In this document: positions 1 through 401 of the stretch, one piece after another
Position numbering within the stretch: position 1 is the stretch's first letter
Layout: every line of letters starts with the position of its first letter
Source of the DNA: an uncultured virus (IMG/VR IMGVR_UViG_2061766007_000234)
Taxonomy: Duplodnaviria; Heunggongvirae; Uroviricota; Caudoviricetes
IMG/VR virus record: IMGVR_UViG_2061766007_000234
Reading direction: 5' to 3' (one strand)
Length of the DNA: 401 nucleotides
Notes under the pieces: model-generated
Told to the model about the DNA's origin: nothing
What the model saw: only the letters and a program-made list of their open reading frames with translations
Database searches by the model: none
Translations under genes and position numbers: made by a program

Positions 1-401
1 TCTGTCTATGCAAGGCTCGGACGTTCTTTCAACAATCCGGAAGGATATTTGAGAAGCGGAAAGAAGCTTAACAAAATCGTTGTACTCGGTAACTCTCTTA
101 CTGGTATTGAATACACATACACAAGGCAGAATGGAGAAGAATTCTCTGAACAGCGCGAGCTTGGTTGCTGCAATTCAGAAAACCAGTGGATTTGTTCTGT
201 TTACCGTTATCTCAAAGCTAACGTAAATACAGACGTTAAGATTTATTCTGCACAGTGCGCAGATTGGGAAAGAGATACAGCCGGAAACAGACAGCTTTCA
301 ACTGTTTTAGGCAAGAACTGCTATGTTGCACAAGATACTGTAAAAGTACCGACAGGCGGCACTCTTGCAGATTATCTCACAGATGATACTGATATTGTTA
401 T
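1..401 (+). CDS. Partial CDS, open at both ends: protein containing the N-terminal half of an SGNH/GDSL-like hydrolase (esterase/acetylesterase) domain
   Basis: Seen in sequence: frame +1 has no stop over 133 codons. Frame +2 stops at TGA 50-52, frame +3 at TAA 69-71, and all three reverse frames contain stops. The translation contains KIVVLGNSLT (aa 25-34), a hydrophobic strand followed by G-x-S-L-T, and ends in LTDDTDIV(I). Established knowledge: SGNH hydrolases begin with a strand plus a GDS(L/I)T block I and have a 'xDxVI' strand directly before block III. The family call is by motif recognition only; no database search was run. Confidence 0.85.
73..102 (+). other. SGNH block I motif KIVVLGNSLT, with putative catalytic nucleophile Ser at codon TCT 94-96
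   Basis: aaa atc gtt gta ctc ggt aac tct ctt act = K I V V L G N S L T. This fits the block I consensus (K/R)-hhhh-G-(D/N)-S-(L/I)-T. Confidence 0.8.
376..401 (+). other. Strand LTDDTDIV(I) that typically precedes SGNH block III (GxN), truncated by the window edge
   Basis: ctc aca gat gat act gat att gtt at = L T D D T D I V (I/M). It resembles the common 'xxPD/TD-h-V-I-h-x-h-G-x-N' entry into block III. The GxN itself is not in the window. Confidence 0.6.

Noticed and set aside
39..51. GGAAGGA (39-45) as a Shine-Dalgarno site for an in-frame TTG start at 49-51
   Set aside because: Only 3 nt separate the motif from the TTG, which is too short for a typical RBS. The frame is also open to the left edge, and the purine run is explained by the codons for P-E-G. 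It cannot be fully excluded.
8..52. Short ORF in frame +2 (ATG 8-10 to TGA 50-52, MQGSDVLSTIRKDI)
   Set aside because: It has only 14 codons, overlaps the main frame and shows no recognisable motif. This is expected by chance.
111..123. Tandem hexamer ATACAC-ATACAC-A
   Set aside because: It is only two units and simply encodes Y-T-Y-T in frame. It is too short for a contingency or phase-variable repeat.
9..200. Stop-free stretches on the minus strand (9-200 in one frame, 1-174 in another)
   Set aside because: Neither spans the window. Short antisense open stretches are common opposite a real gene, and the + frame carries the recognisable motifs.
247..263. Inverted repeat TCTGC-N7-GCAGA
   Set aside because: A 5-bp stem inside coding sequence with no U-tract is a chance-level hairpin, not a terminator.
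273..391. Recurrent GATAC(A/T)G words (near 274, 334 and 385)
   Set aside because: These are short, irregularly spaced and all in frame as Asp-Thr codon pairs. They are far too short for CRISPR repeats or iterons.
1..401. Possible diversity-generating retroelement template or variable repeat (several AAC codons)
   Set aside because: The Asn codons (7 AAC, 4 AAT) are dispersed rather than clustered. The window has no second near-identical copy with adenine-specific mismatches, and no reverse transcriptase or C-type-lectin-like motif is visible.
1..401. No GATC site despite about ten GAT trinucleotides (possible restriction-site avoidance)
   Set aside because: Only 1-2 sites are expected in 401 nt, so the absence is not significant. 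Other palindromes are present (TCCGGA 36-41, AAGCTT 64-69, GAATTC 139-144).

Overview
All 401 nt (about 41% G+C, 166/401 counted by hand) fall in one uninterrupted + strand reading frame (frame 1, 133 full codons). It has no stop codon and no in-frame ATG, so it is most likely an internal fragment of a longer gene. Translation: SVYARLGRSFNNPEGYLRSGKKLNKIVVLGNSLTGIEYTYTRQNGEEFSEQRELGCCNSENQWICSVYRYLKANVNTDVKIYSAQCADWERDTAGNRQLSTVLGKNCYVAQDTVKVPTGGTLADYLTDDTDIV(I/M). The motif KIVVLGNSLT (nt 73-102), a following amphipathic helix and strand, an ADWER segment and a terminal DTDIV[I] strand match the N-terminal half of an SGNH/GDSL-type hydrolase (esterase/acetylesterase) domain. This appears to be a divergent GNS variant. 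Block III (GxN) and the catalytic DxxH/H would lie beyond the right edge. I see no RNA gene, CRISPR array, mobile element or convincing regulatory element. The window alone does not show a new biological system; the points of interest are protein-level features of this enzyme domain.
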